This document shows, in pieces, positions 47,548-57,017 of a stretch of DNA of 64,000 nt. Numbering within the stretch: position 1 is the first letter of the stretch; every line of letters starts with the position of its first letter. Origin of the DNA: Planctomycetota bacterium. GTDB taxonomy: Bacteria; Planctomycetota; UBA8108; UBA1146. The notes under the pieces are model-generated. The model was given only the letters and a program-made list of their open reading frames with translations, was not told the DNA's origin and ran no database searches. The stretch is from positions 32,001-96,000 of the forward strand of contig JAYZBV010000037.1 in NCBI GenBank assembly GCA_036338595.1. The letters run 5' to 3'. Position numbers and translations under genes: made by a program.

Positions 47548-48108
47548 TCACGCCTCCTCGGAAGCGGGTTCTTTGCGAGCCACGATGACTCGGGCTGCTC
47601 GAATCAGATGATCTCCGCAGCGATATCCCTTCTCGATCTCCTCGACAATCTCGCCATTACGAGCATCCGGTTGATCGACCTGTAGCATCGCCTCATGGAT
47701 CTCAGGATCGAAATCTTCCCCGACCGTTGCGACCGACTCGATGCCCAGTTCCAGCAATATCTTGTCGATCTTTCCCGAGATCAGTTTCAAACCATCGCGA
47801 ACTCCATCGACACCCTCTGGCTCGGAGGAGTCCACTTTCAGAGCCGCCCACAGGCCGTCCAGCACCGGGAGGAATGTCCTGAATACATCCGAGATGGCTC
47901 GCTTTCTCGACACGGCTCGCTCTTCAAGAGTCCTGCGTCGAAAGTTCTCGAGATCCGCCCTGGATCTTTGCAGTTGCTGGACGAGGAACTCCTGGTCCTC
48001 ACCACCCGATTCGTCAGCAGTCTCCTCATCTGCAGAGTCCGAGGAGACGTCTGGCCGTTTCTCTTCCTCATCTTGAGGGATCGACTGATCTTGATCTTCG
48101 CAGTTCAT
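47548..48108 (-). CDS. grpE: Nucleotide exchange factor GrpE
   Basis: ADLENFRRR, LPVLD, FDPEIHEA, GY....IRAARV. Confidence 0.93.
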   Translation of the reverse strand: MNCEDQDQSIPQDEEEKRPDVSSDSADEETADESGGEDQEFLVQQLQRSRADLENFRRRTLEERAVSRKRAISDVFRTFLPVLDGLWAALKVDSSEPEGVDGVRDGLKLISGKIDKILLELGIESVATVGEDFDPEIHEAMLQVDQPDARNGEIVEEIEKGYRCGDHLIRAARVIVARKEPASEEA

Positions 48109-48120
48109 CGAGACCTCTTC

Positions 48121-49245
48121 CTAACCAAAGTATTCCTTGAATCTCTCGAGAAACCCTCGCCTGCGGGTTCCCACTTCCGTTTCCTCGATCTCGGCGAGAC
48201 GCAGTAGCAACTCTTCCTCCTCCGGGCCGAGTTTACTCGGGACCTCGATGGTAGTCTCGACCAGTTGGTCACCCTTGCGACTGGACCCAACCGAGCGGAA
48301 TCCCATCTTCCTCATCCTGAGAATATCGCCACTGTGCGTACCAGGAGGGATGGTGAGCACCGCCTTGCCGTCGAGGGTCGGCACCTCGACCTCGCAACCG
48401 AGGGCAGCCTGGGAGTACGAGATCGGAAGTTCAAAGCAGACATGGTCACTCACGCGCCGAAAGAAGGCGTGTCGGTGATAGCCGATGACAACCTGCAGAT
48501 CCCCTGCTTGAGCTCCTTGAGGACCTTCATTGCCGCGACCGGCAACTCTCAGGATCATTCCATCCTCGACACCGGCCGGAACTTCTACCTCGATCGATTC
48601 TGCCTTCTCTACCAGCCCTGATCGATGACAATCAGTACAGGGATCCTCGATGATTTCTCCTCTGCCAGAACAAGCGGGACAGGGAGTTCTTACGCTGAAG
48701 AAGCCCTGCGAGCGAAGTACCTGGCCAGCTCCCGAGCAGGTACCACAGCGAATCGGTTGGCTGCCACGGCTCGCACCGGATCCCGAACAAGATTTGCAAC
48801 TGACCATCCTTCTCAATTCGATGGTCCTGCGAATCCCGGTGGCGGCTTCCTCGAGGGTCAGCTGGAGATGAGCTCGAAGGCTCTCTCCCCTTCGGATCCG
48901 GCTTCGACCGCCACCGAAGAGATCGCCAAAGATGCCACCGCCTCCACCACCACTGAAGATGTCGCCAAAGACACGGAAGATGTCCTCGACATCGGAGAAG
49001 CCAGCGCCCTGTCCGATTCCAGACAGGCCGTCGTGACCATGCGCATCGTAGATACGCCGCTTCTCGGCATCTCTGAGTACGTCGTAGGCTTCAGCAGCCT
49101 CCTTGAACTTGCGTTCAGCATCGGAATCTCCGGGGTTCTTGTCTGGATGATGCTTGAGGGCCAGCTTGCGGTAGGCCTTCTTGATCACATCATCCGAGGC
49201 ATCCCGGGTTACCCCCAGGACATCGTAGTAATCCCTCGCTGACAT
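48121..49245 (-). CDS. dnaJ: Chaperone DnaJ
   Basis: J domain with HPD, G/F region, four CxxCxGxG-type motifs, AALG..VPTLDG. Confidence 0.96.
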   Translation of the reverse strand: MSARDYYDVLGVTRDASDDVIKKAYRKLALKHHPDKNPGDSDAERKFKEAAEAYDVLRDAEKRRIYDAHGHDGLSGIGQGAGFSDVEDIFRVFGDIFSGGGGGGIFGDLFGGGRSRIRRGESLRAHLQLTLEEAATGIRRTIELRRMVSCKSCSGSGASRGSQPIRCGTCSGAGQVLRSQGFFSVRTPCPACSGRGEIIEDPCTDCHRSGLVEKAESIEVEVPAGVEDGMILRVAGRGNEGPQGAQAGDLQVVIGYHRHAFFRRVSDHVCFELPISYSQAALGCEVEVPTLDGKAVLTIPPGTHSGDILRMRKMGFRSVGSSRKGDQLVETTIEVPSKLGPEEEELLLRLAEIEETEVGTRRRGFLERFKEYFG

Positions 49246-49256
49246 CCGTTTCTCCC

Positions 49257-50861
49257 CTAGACGAGGGCGCCTTCTACGGCATCCTCATCTTTTTCCAGTT
49301 CGGTGATGGCAGTATCTGAGGTCAAAAACAGGCCCGCAACACTTGCAGCATTCTGCAGCGCGACTCTCAGCACCTTTGCGGGATCCACGACACCGGCTTT
49401 GACCAGGTCGACCACCTTGCCCTTGACGCCGTCGAAGCCCATCTCCAGATCCTCGTATTCCATCACCTCTGCAACCACTGCAGGTCCGTCATGTCCACAG
49501 TTCCGGGCCAACTGAGCCGTCGGTTCCAGCAATGCATCGGCAACCACCTGTACTCCGAAACGAGCATCTCCTGTGGCGCGTGTCGCCGCCACCTTCTCGA
49601 CGATTTGCAAGAAGGCAGTCCCTGCACCAGGCACGATCCCCTCGGCCATCGCCGCTCGGGTTGCACTGAGTGCATCTTCTGCTCGTGCTTTTCGCTCCTT
49701 GATCTCCAGTTCAGTGGTTCCGCCGACGCGAATCACGGCAATCTTGCCCATGATCCTGGCGAGTCTCTCCTCGAGCTTCTCCTTGTCATAGTTCGACTGG
49801 GTCTGCTCCATCTGTGCCTTGATCTGCTGGCAGCGGCTCTCGATCGCCTCTTTGTTTCCAGTACCCCTGAAGAACAAGGTGCTGTCCTTTGAAACCTCGA
49901 TCTTGCGAACCGTTCCGAGCTGGTCCTTGCCAACCTGGTCCCATGTCACTCCGGTGTCCTTGGCGATCATCTGTCCGCCAGTGACGATGGCGAGATCTTC
50001 AAGCAATGCCTTTCGTCTGTCTCCAAATCCTGGCGCCTTGATGGCCACGACTTCCATCACACCTCTCAACTTGTTGAGGAGTAATCCGGCGAGAGCTTCT
50101 CCCTCCACGTCCTCAGCGATGATCACCAGTGGGCGACGTGAAGAGACGACCTGTTCAAGAACAGGAACCAGATCCTGGATGGTGGAAATCTTGTGGTCGG
50201 TAAAGAGGATCCATGGCTTTTCCAGTACACAGACAGCGGCAACCCTGTCGGTGATGAAGTAGGGCGAGATCCACCCCTTATCGATCTCGAGACCCTCGAC
50301 CAGATCCAGAGCTGTCTCGACACCATCGTTTTCCTCGACGGTGACCACTCCGTTCTCGCCGACCTTGTGAATCGCTTCACCGAACATCTTTCCCAGTTCC
50401 ACATCATTGGCAGCGATGGTACCGACCTGGACCACTTCCTTTTGCTTCTGAACGGGGCTAGAAATCTCCTCTAGTTCGCGAACGGCAGTTGCGACCGCCT
50501 TGTCGATTCCATTACGCAACTCCACCGGGTTGACTCCGGTCATGGCGAATCTTGCGCCTCGCTCGATCATCGCTTCTGCCAGGATGATCGACGAAGTGGT
50601 GCCATCGCCGACCTCCTTGTTGGTCTTGCTTGCGACCTCGTTGACGAGCCGAGCACCCATATTCTCGAAGGGCTGAGAAACCTCGATCTCCCGAGAAACG
50701 GTCTGGCCGTCCTTCGTCAGTTCGGACTTTCCCATACTCTTCTCGAACAGAACATTTCTTCCGCCTGGACCGTAGGTCACCTTCACAGCCCTGGAGAGAG
50801 TGCGAACTCCCTCCCGGAGATGGCGTCTGGCATCATCGTCGAAGAGAATCTGTTTGGTCAT
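49257..50861 (-). CDS. groEL: Chaperonin GroEL, downstream copy
   Basis: [51 protein letters not shown]. Confidence 0.95.
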   Translation of the reverse strand: MTKQILFDDDARRHLREGVRTLSRAVKVTYGPGGRNVLFEKSMGKSELTKDGQTVSREIEVSQPFENMGARLVNEVASKTNKEVGDGTTSSIILAEAMIERGARFAMTGVNPVELRNGIDKAVATAVRELEEISSPVQKQKEVVQVGTIAANDVELGKMFGEAIHKVGENGVVTVEENDGVETALDLVEGLEIDKGWISPYFITDRVAAVCVLEKPWILFTDHKISTIQDLVPVLEQVVSSRRPLVIIAEDVEGEALAGLLLNKLRGVMEVVAIKAPGFGDRRKALLEDLAIVTGGQMIAKDTGVTWDQVGKDQLGTVRKIEVSKDSTLFFRGTGNKEAIESRCQQIKAQMEQTQSNYDKEKLEERLARIMGKIAVIRVGGTTELEIKERKARAEDALSATRAAMAEGIVPGAGTAFLQIVEKVAATRATGDARFGVQVVADALLEPTAQLARNCGHDGPAVVAEVMEYEDLEMGFDGVKGKVVDLVKAGVVDPAKVLRVALQNAASVAGLFLTSDTAITELEKDEDAVEGALV

Positions 50862-50891
50862 CTTCCTTCTCCTTTGTAATTCCCTGGGGGC

Positions 50892-52523
50892 CTAGAAAGC
50901 GCCTGCGCCTTCATGGTCATGGTGGTGATCCTCATCAGCCGCTTCCGATGGGATCTCCGTGATCACAGCATCCGAGGTAAGAATCATGGTGGCGCTACTG
51001 ACAGCATTCTGGAGAGCTCTCCTGATCACATCACAGGAGTCGATGATGCCCGTCTCCATGAGATCGCGCATCTCCAGGCGAGCGAAGTCGTAGCCTGTCG
51101 TCGTATCCTCCGAAGCTCGGATCTCGCGAAGCAAGATGGACGGCTCGACACCCGAGTTCCTGGCCAGCTGTCGAAATGGTTCTTCGAGAGCATCGGCCAG
51201 GATCTGTGCAGCAACCCTTTCGAGAGGGTCGCGCACCTTCATCCGGGCCACTTCATCGGCGCAGTGGATCAACGCCACTCCACCACCGGGCAGTATTCCT
51301 GCTTCGAGAGCCGAGCGTGTCGCAGCTAGAGAGTTCTCGAAGCGTTTCTTGCGCTCCTTCACCTCTCCCTCTGTCGATCCTCCCACCCGGATCACGGCGA
51401 TCCCACCGATCAATCGAGCGAGTCGCTCCTGTAACTTCTCTCGATCGTAATCGCTGCTGGCCGCCTCGATCTCGAGCCGGATCACACGGCAGCGCTCTTC
51501 CATATCACTCTTTTTCCCACCGCCATTGACGATGGTTGTCATCTGAGAGTTGATCTCGATCTTCTTGGCGGTGCCCAGATCAGAGATCTGGATCGATCCA
51601 GGATCAATCCCGAGGTCAGAGAAGATCGCCCTGCCACCGGTCGCGATGGCTATATCCTGAAGCATCGCCTTGCGCCGGTCTCCGTAACCCGGGGCCTTCA
51701 CTGCTGCAACCTGCAACACACCGCGTTGGCTATTGACAACCAGCGTGGTGAGCGCTTCTCCGTCGATATCCTCTGCGATGATCAGTAGTGGCTTTCGCTT
51801 CTCTACAACTTTTTCAAGCACGGGAACGAGCTGAGCCAGGTTGGAGACCTTCTCTTCCAGGATCAGGATGAACGGATTCTCCAGTTGGATCTCTGCTGAG
51901 TCGGGATTGGCAACGAACTGCTGGGAAATGTATCCCCGATCGAAGTAAAGACCTTCTTCAACATCCAGCGTTGTCTCGATCCCTTTTCCCTCCTCGATGG
52001 TACAAACACCATCGTTGCCGACCTTGTCGAGCGCAGAGGCGATGGTCTTGCCGATGCGGTCATCGTTATTGGCTGCAATGGAGGCCACGCTGAGGATCGA
52101 ATCCTGATACTCGATCGGCTCGGAGAGAGCTTCGAGTTTCTTGCATATGCGATCGGTACAGGAGAGCAGCGCACGCTGCAGCAACACCGGATTCTCACCC
52201 GCCATCACCTGCCTCATGCCTCGGCGAAATACGGCCTCTGCGAGCACCGTTGCGGTCGTACTTCCGTCCCCAGCATCCCGGGCGGTCAGTGTGCCCGCTT
52301 CACGAATCAGACGGGCACCGATGTTCTCGACCCTGTCCTCGAGTTCGACTTCCTCCGCGACCGTGGCTCCATCCTTGGAGACACGGGGTCCACCCCAGGA
52401 GCGATCGATCACTGCACTTCGTCCCCGTGGACCCAGAGTCGTGCGAACCGCGCGGGCCAGTTTGTGGGCACCCGAGAGTAACTTCTCCCTGGCTTCATCT
52501 TCAAAAGTCAGTTCTTTCACCAT
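50892..52523 (-). CDS. groEL: Chaperonin GroEL, upstream divergent copy with His-rich tail
   Basis: TLGPRGR, SKDG, GDGSTT, KAPGYGDRRK, RFENSLAAT, tail DEDHHHDHEGAGAF; ATG 52523 after GAGGAGG. Confidence 0.93.
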   Translation of the reverse strand: MVKELTFEDEAREKLLSGAHKLARAVRTTLGPRGRSAVIDRSWGGPRVSKDGATVAEEVELEDRVENIGARLIREAGTLTARDAGDGSTTATVLAEAVFRRGMRQVMAGENPVLLQRALLSCTDRICKKLEALSEPIEYQDSILSVASIAANNDDRIGKTIASALDKVGNDGVCTIEEGKGIETTLDVEEGLYFDRGYISQQFVANPDSAEIQLENPFILILEEKVSNLAQLVPVLEKVVEKRKPLLIIAEDIDGEALTTLVVNSQRGVLQVAAVKAPGYGDRRKAMLQDIAIATGGRAIFSDLGIDPGSIQISDLGTAKKIEINSQMTTIVNGGGKKSDMEERCRVIRLEIEAASSDYDREKLQERLARLIGGIAVIRVGGSTEGEVKERKKRFENSLAATRSALEAGILPGGGVALIHCADEVARMKVRDPLERVAAQILADALEEPFRQLARNSGVEPSILLREIRASEDTTTGYDFARLEMRDLMETGIIDSCDVIRRALQNAVSSATMILTSDAVITEIPSEAADEDHHHDHEGAGAF

Positions 52524-52620
52524 GTTGGCTCCTCCTCGCAATCATCCGAACTGGTCACCCGAGGCTGCGAGATGAGGCCACCCCCACGGGGTCGCCACTC
52601 GCCTATCGTTCCAGTTCACG

Positions 52621-52636
52621 AGCAAAAGCGTGGCCA
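52621..52636 (-). promoter_or_regulatory. Candidate sigma54 promoter of the chaperone operon
   Basis: Minus strand TGGCCACGCTTTTGCT, GG-N10-GC, about 100 nt before the groEL ATG. Confidence 0.6.
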
Positions 52637-52788
52637 TCCGATTCGCCAACTGCCTTCACAAGTACATACAGAACAGGGACTTGTAGAAAAAGCGATGGAA
52701 CGTGGCAGAAGTACACCTGCCACATCGACAGACCCGGGGATGGAGGGGGCACTGCTGCTGCCAGGATGGCAGATTCCGACCTGCCGTT

Positions 52789-54795
52789 TCAGCGTGCCCA
52801 GATGCCGCCGCCGCGAGTGTCGCTGACCAGTTTGACGCGAACATCTCGGATCTCGAGCCGGGTGCCATCGGCGATGTAAAACACGAACCCACCGGTAGAG
52901 GGAAGCCGCGTCGTCTCGGGGTCGAGGGAAATCTCATCGGAAGAGTCGCCGTACCGGAGTACGACCTGATCGCCATGCACCTCGAGGTCCACTCCGACCC
53001 AGCGATTCCTGGGAAAATCGTCCCCGAGTTCCAGCAATGGAGAGGTTTGATCTCCGACACCACCGCCACGGGAATTGGTCCTTGGAGAGATGCGCAGGTC
53101 ACCGTCGCGAATGTTGACCTCGAAATGACAGACATAGTCTTCCCAGTGGTTCGAGAAGAGGCCGATGAACATGTCACTGCCGGATCGGTTGTCGCCGAGC
53201 AGTACTGCACTTCCTTCTCGCTCAAGGATTCGCCAGTTTCCCGCCTGGCCGCTTCCGACCAGCTGTCTGTCGCTCGTCACCACCCAGTTGTAGAGGTTTG
53301 TAGGTGCGAGCTTATGACTCCATGCGACCGATTCTCTCAGATCTCGCCACCGTTGCTCTCGCTCGGCCTTCTTTCGCTCTTCCTCCAGACGCTTCGCCTC
53401 GGCGATCAGCGCCTCCGCCACACCCTCCTGCTCGATCAGCATCGCCAGTCCCTCGCGCTGAACCTGTTTCACCAGGTCTTCCTTGAGTTTCCAGACATCG
53501 GGGGCTTCATCCTCGACTCTCTCGTCGAGTGCTTCGATCGTGGCGATGGCGATGTCGTCGTATCCCTTTCGGGCATACTTTCCTGCCTTGGAGGAAAGTT
53601 CGTCTAGGCGCTGCTTGTAACGATGTTGCTGCTGAGCGTCGATTCGGAGGTTGTCCAGTTCGTTCTCGAAGGACGCTTCCAGCACCACTTCTGCGCCGTC
53701 AAAGACCTTGGGAAGACCTTCCAGCAGTTGCACCGCTGCTGCGAAATCTCCACGCTTGAAGGCAGCCTGCACATCTCCCTTGAGAGTGTGCCACGCTTGG
53801 TCCACCTCCGCTCTCCAGGTAGAGAGGAGCGTCGCGCGCAGAGCCGCAGCTTCCTTTCCAGCAGTGGTATCCGCGTATTCTCTGGCGATCGACCCGAAAC
53901 GCAGTGCGGCAGAGAGCCGGTCATCCGGCTCCTTTCGATTGGACTGCTCGATCCGGTTCAACGTCTCGCGAGCCTGATCCTCGCGCACCTGACGGGGATC
54001 GACGACCGGTTCCTGGGCGACCTTCGTCTCCTCTTCCTTCACTTCAGGTGTGGAGTCGGGAATCATCATCACCCCCACGATCACGACCACGACCAGCACA
54101 GCGACGCCGATGAGGATGAGGGGCAACGGACTCTTTGAAGGCGGAAGATGATCTTCTGACGAAGCGGCATCGGTGCCCACAGCAGCGAGCCTTGCCGCTT
54201 TCCTGCGCGGTGGTCTCCCACGTCCCGCTCGAACTGGCGCGCCGGCTCGCTTGGCCCCCGGGGGCGTTGCAGATGTGGGTCTGGGGCGTGGCGACTGCGC
54301 AGCGGCGGCTTTCGCGGCCGCCTGCTTCGCGGCCGCCTGCTTCGCTGCCGCCTGCTTCGCGGGAGTATTCTGTGTGGCCGCCTGCTGTGCGGCCGCCTGC
54401 TGTGCCGCGGCTTTCTGCGCGGCCGCCTGCTTCGCGGCCGCCTGCTGTGCGACGGCTTTCTGTGCGGCCGCCTGCTTCGCAGCCGCCTGCTGTGCGGCGG
54501 CTTTCTGCGCAGCCGCCTGCTTCGCAGCCGCTTGCTGTGCCGCGGCTTGCTGTGCCGCGGCTTGCTGTGCGGCCGCCTGCTGTGCCGCGGCTTGCTGCTG
54601 TGGCACGGCCGGCGTATCCGAACTCACGCTCGGGGGAGACTCTGACTCGGCACCGGGGCTGAGATCCACTCGTCGGGTCGGGACCCGCTTTCCACCGGAG
54701 GCACCGGCAGCCCCCTTCGTTCGAGGAGTGGGAACACGCCGCCTCTTCCTGGGTCTTCGCTCGCTGGAGTCCTTCGTTTCCTCGTCAGATGTCAT
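52789..54795 (-). CDS. Bitopic membrane protein: low-complexity pentapeptide-repeat N-terminus, helical stalk, C-terminal ConA/DUF1080-like domain
   Basis: Arg/Pro-rich start, (Q/K)(Q/K)AAA repeats, TM LPLILIGVAVLVVVVIVG, coiled coil, WEDY..FEV...W..V.LEVHGD...GGFVF...IRDVRVK. Confidence 0.8.
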   Translation of the reverse strand: MTSDEETKDSSERRPRKRRRVPTPRTKGAAGASGGKRVPTRRVDLSPGAESESPPSVSSDTPAVPQQQAAAQQAAAQQAAAQQAAAQQAAAKQAAAQKAAAQQAAAKQAAAQKAVAQQAAAKQAAAQKAAAQQAAAQQAATQNTPAKQAAAKQAAAKQAAAKAAAAQSPRPRPTSATPPGAKRAGAPVRAGRGRPPRRKAARLAAVGTDAASSEDHLPPSKSPLPLILIGVAVLVVVVIVGVMMIPDSTPEVKEEETKVAQEPVVDPRQVREDQARETLNRIEQSNRKEPDDRLSAALRFGSIAREYADTTAGKEAAALRATLLSTWRAEVDQAWHTLKGDVQAAFKRGDFAAAVQLLEGLPKVFDGAEVVLEASFENELDNLRIDAQQQHRYKQRLDELSSKAGKYARKGYDDIAIATIEALDERVEDEAPDVWKLKEDLVKQVQREGLAMLIEQEGVAEALIAEAKRLEEERKKAEREQRWRDLRESVAWSHKLAPTNLYNWVVTSDRQLVGSGQAGNWRILEREGSAVLLGDNRSGSDMFIGLFSNHWEDYVCHFEVNIRDGDLRISPRTNSRGGGVGDQTSPLLELGDDFPRNRWVGVDLEVHGDQVVLRYGDSSDEISLDPETTRLPSTGGFVFYIADGTRLEIRDVRVKLVSDTRGGGIWAR
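54298..54600 (-). repeat. About 20 in-frame 15-bp repeats encoding QQAAA/KQAAA/QKAAA
   Basis: Plus-strand units such as GCGGCCGCCTGCTGT / GCGGCCGCCTGCTTC. Confidence 0.92.
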
Positions 54796-55061
54796 GACCC
54801 CTCGCTCCCGATGACCGTCTCATCGCCCGCCGAGGCATCATCGTCGGAGACCGGGTAGAGGATCTCGATCAGTTGCTGCAGTTGCTCTGGAGTCAGGTGA
54901 CCCAGTTCGACCAGGACCTGGCCCAGCAGCGGCACTTGCTTGCCCTCGTTGCGCAGTCGCTCCTGGATCGTCAAGGCCTCGTAGATCTGGGTCTCATTCA
55001 CGACTCCCTGTTCGATGGCCACTTCTCCGAAGAGGCGCCGATATCTGTCTGCATCTGACAA
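54792..55061 (-). CDS. Small stand-alone MshEN-like protein
   Basis: RLFGEVAIEQGVVNETQIYEALTIQ...LLGQVLVELGHLTPEQL; TTG 55061 after AGGAAGGAG; ATGA overlap with the next gene. Confidence 0.8.
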   Translation of the reverse strand: MSDADRYRRLFGEVAIEQGVVNETQIYEALTIQERLRNEGKQVPLLGQVLVELGHLTPEQLQQLIEILYPVSDDDASAGDETVIGSEGS

Positions 55062-55152
55062 CTGACGACTCTCCTTCCTGGCCCTGGGTCGCAGCGGGCA
55101 AACCACAGTCACTGGTGATCCACAACTGCAAGCCTGGCATCGCCATCGAACA

Positions 55153-55168
55153 GGCAAGGTGCTCGCCA
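55153..55168 (-). promoter_or_regulatory. Candidate sigma54 promoter
   Basis: Minus strand TGGCGAGCACCTTGCC, GG-N10-GC; weaker match to consensus. Confidence 0.4.
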
Positions 55169-55248
55169 CGCCACGAGAATGCGGAGGCACTCGATGGCAA
55201 CCTCGTTGGCGAGGATATCAGGCTAGTTTGACGGACGCCACCGCCCCA

Positions 55249-56127
55249 TCACTGGTGACCATCGACCACCAATGGTTCCTCACCGCTGTATAGACTGATT
55301 CCCGGGATGTCGCTCGACCCTGTCAACTCATGGCGCAATTCCAGAACCTGTCTGAGGCAGTTCAGTTTCTGCTCCGAGGTGGTCACTGCAGCGGCATCGG
55401 AGGAGGGAGATCGGCCCCAGTGAAGAGGAATTCCGGCAGTGGTATGGAGATGCCAGCGGCGTGCTCCACCTTCCTCGACGGTACTGGATATCTCGTGAAG
55501 GAAGCCGGGAACTCGATCGAACACCTTATCCGTCCACAGCACCGACAACAGCGAGAACAGTTCCTCGAACTGTTTCCCCACGAGGATGAAACCCGATGTA
55601 GCCGCGGCGAGTTGCTGCTGCTGGGCACCAACCCCGACGGGGATGTATTCCGGTATGCCCCACTTCGGATCGAGGAAGTCTCCAGGTTGGCGATCGATGA
55701 TCCTTCCTGACCCGTCTGCGAGTAGCCAGCCATCCAGGCAACGAACCCCGACAGAAGGGCGCCGGAAGCGCCCTGAGAATCCAATTCCGTCCGCTGTGCG
55801 CTCAACGCTTTGAATCGAAGAGATCCAGGGATTCGTCGACAGTTCTCGCTTCACATCCTCTTGCCAGTGAACCGATTGCAGAGAAACCCGCGAGGGGATG
55901 TCTCTGAGGGAACCGAGATGGCCGCTGAACTGCTCGGGAAACCAGTCTGGCAGTGTTGAAGGTTCGACGGACCAGACACCGCCCGCTCGTGTCAAACGAA
56001 GATCCACCTCATTCTTGGCGATGACGAGAAATGTGCCAAAGATGATCAGCAGCAGGAGCGCCACCATCCAGTTACGGCCGGCCCCTTTTTCTGATCCGTT
56101 GACTTCTGTGGCCGCTTCGCTGATCAC
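55249..56127 (-). CDS. FtsQ/DivIB-like protein
   Basis: N-terminal TM, ELSTNPWISSIQSVER...RRP...LLADGSGRII (POTRA/FtsQ-like pattern); directly after murB. Confidence 0.65.
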   Translation of the reverse strand: MISEAATEVNGSEKGAGRNWMVALLLLIIFGTFLVIAKNEVDLRLTRAGGVWSVEPSTLPDWFPEQFSGHLGSLRDIPSRVSLQSVHWQEDVKRELSTNPWISSIQSVERTADGIGFSGRFRRPSVGVRCLDGWLLADGSGRIIDRQPGDFLDPKWGIPEYIPVGVGAQQQQLAAATSGFILVGKQFEELFSLLSVLWTDKVFDRVPGFLHEISSTVEEGGARRWHLHTTAGIPLHWGRSPSSDAAAVTTSEQKLNCLRQVLELRHELTGSSDIPGISLYSGEEPLVVDGHQ

Positions 56128-57017
56128 TCACGCCCTCCCCCCCGATGGCCTGGCATGATCACCTCACGCTCCAGATTCACGGAACTCAACTTCTGCACCT
56201 GGCTCTGCACACGTTTGATCAACTGTTCGATGTCCTGAGATGTCGCCCCACCTTCATTGACAATGAAGTTGGCATGCACGGTGGAAACGCGCGCTCCTCC
56301 CAGAACCATTCCCTTGAGGCCGCACTTCTCGATCAGAGCCCCGGCACTCTCTCCAGGAGGGTTGCGAAAGATGCAGCCGCAAGATCTCAGGGCGAAGGGT
56401 TGAGTATTCAGCTTTCTCTGTTTGATCTCGGCAGTTCTTCTCTTCAACTCCTGAGGATCGGATCCTTCGTTGAGCCGCAATCGAACCGCGGCGACAACCC
56501 GATCTTCAATCCCCGAGTAACGGTAACGCCAATCCAGGTCACGACTGTCGACCCATTCGCGTCCCTGGCCCGGCTCCATCAGCAGAATCTCAGAAACGCG
56601 GTCGCCGATGTCCTCACCACCGGCGCCGGCGTTTCCCCACACAGCGCCCCCGATCGTCCCTGGTATCCCCGGGAATGATTCGAGTCCTTGCCAGCCATGC
56701 TCGTTGGCCCGGTCGACCAGTTTTTCGAGTTGGAAGCCCGCCTCGACCTCGATCACTCCCGGCTCGACAACCTCCTTGGCCTTCAACCCGGTGGTACAGA
56801 TGACCAGGCCATCGAATCCGTCATCGGCAAAGAGTACATTCGAGCCGTGTCCCATGAGAAACAGGGGAAATCCCGCCGTGTTACCCCAGTCGACCTGCTG
56901 CTGCAGTTCTTCCAGCGATCCAGGGCGACCAAAGTACCTCGCTTCACCACCGGTCCGATACCAGCAACGCTGGCGCAGCAGCACCGATTCCTGGATGTTC
57001 AGTGGCGGGGTACTCAT
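56124..57017 (-). CDS. murB: UDP-N-acetylenolpyruvoylglucosamine reductase
   Basis: GGEA, GHGSNVL, GLE..GIPGTIGGA..NAGA, YRYS, QP..SCGCIFRNP, HANFIVN. Confidence 0.95.
   Translation of the reverse strand: MSTPPLNIQESVLLRQRCWYRTGGEARYFGRPGSLEELQQQVDWGNTAGFPLFLMGHGSNVLFADDGFDGLVICTTGLKAKEVVEPGVIEVEAGFQLEKLVDRANEHGWQGLESFPGIPGTIGGAVWGNAGAGGEDIGDRVSEILLMEPGQGREWVDSRDLDWRYRYSGIEDRVVAAVRLRLNEGSDPQELKRRTAEIKQRKLNTQPFALRSCGCIFRNPPGESAGALIEKCGLKGMVLGGARVSTVHANFIVNEGGATSQDIEQLIKRVQSQVQKLSSVNLEREVIMPGHRGGGRE

Noticed and set aside
52524..52788. CIRCE element or small groES ORF upstream of groEL
   Set aside because: No TTAGCACTC-N9-GAGTGCTAA match, and the 265-bp gap is too short for a typical groES plus promoter.
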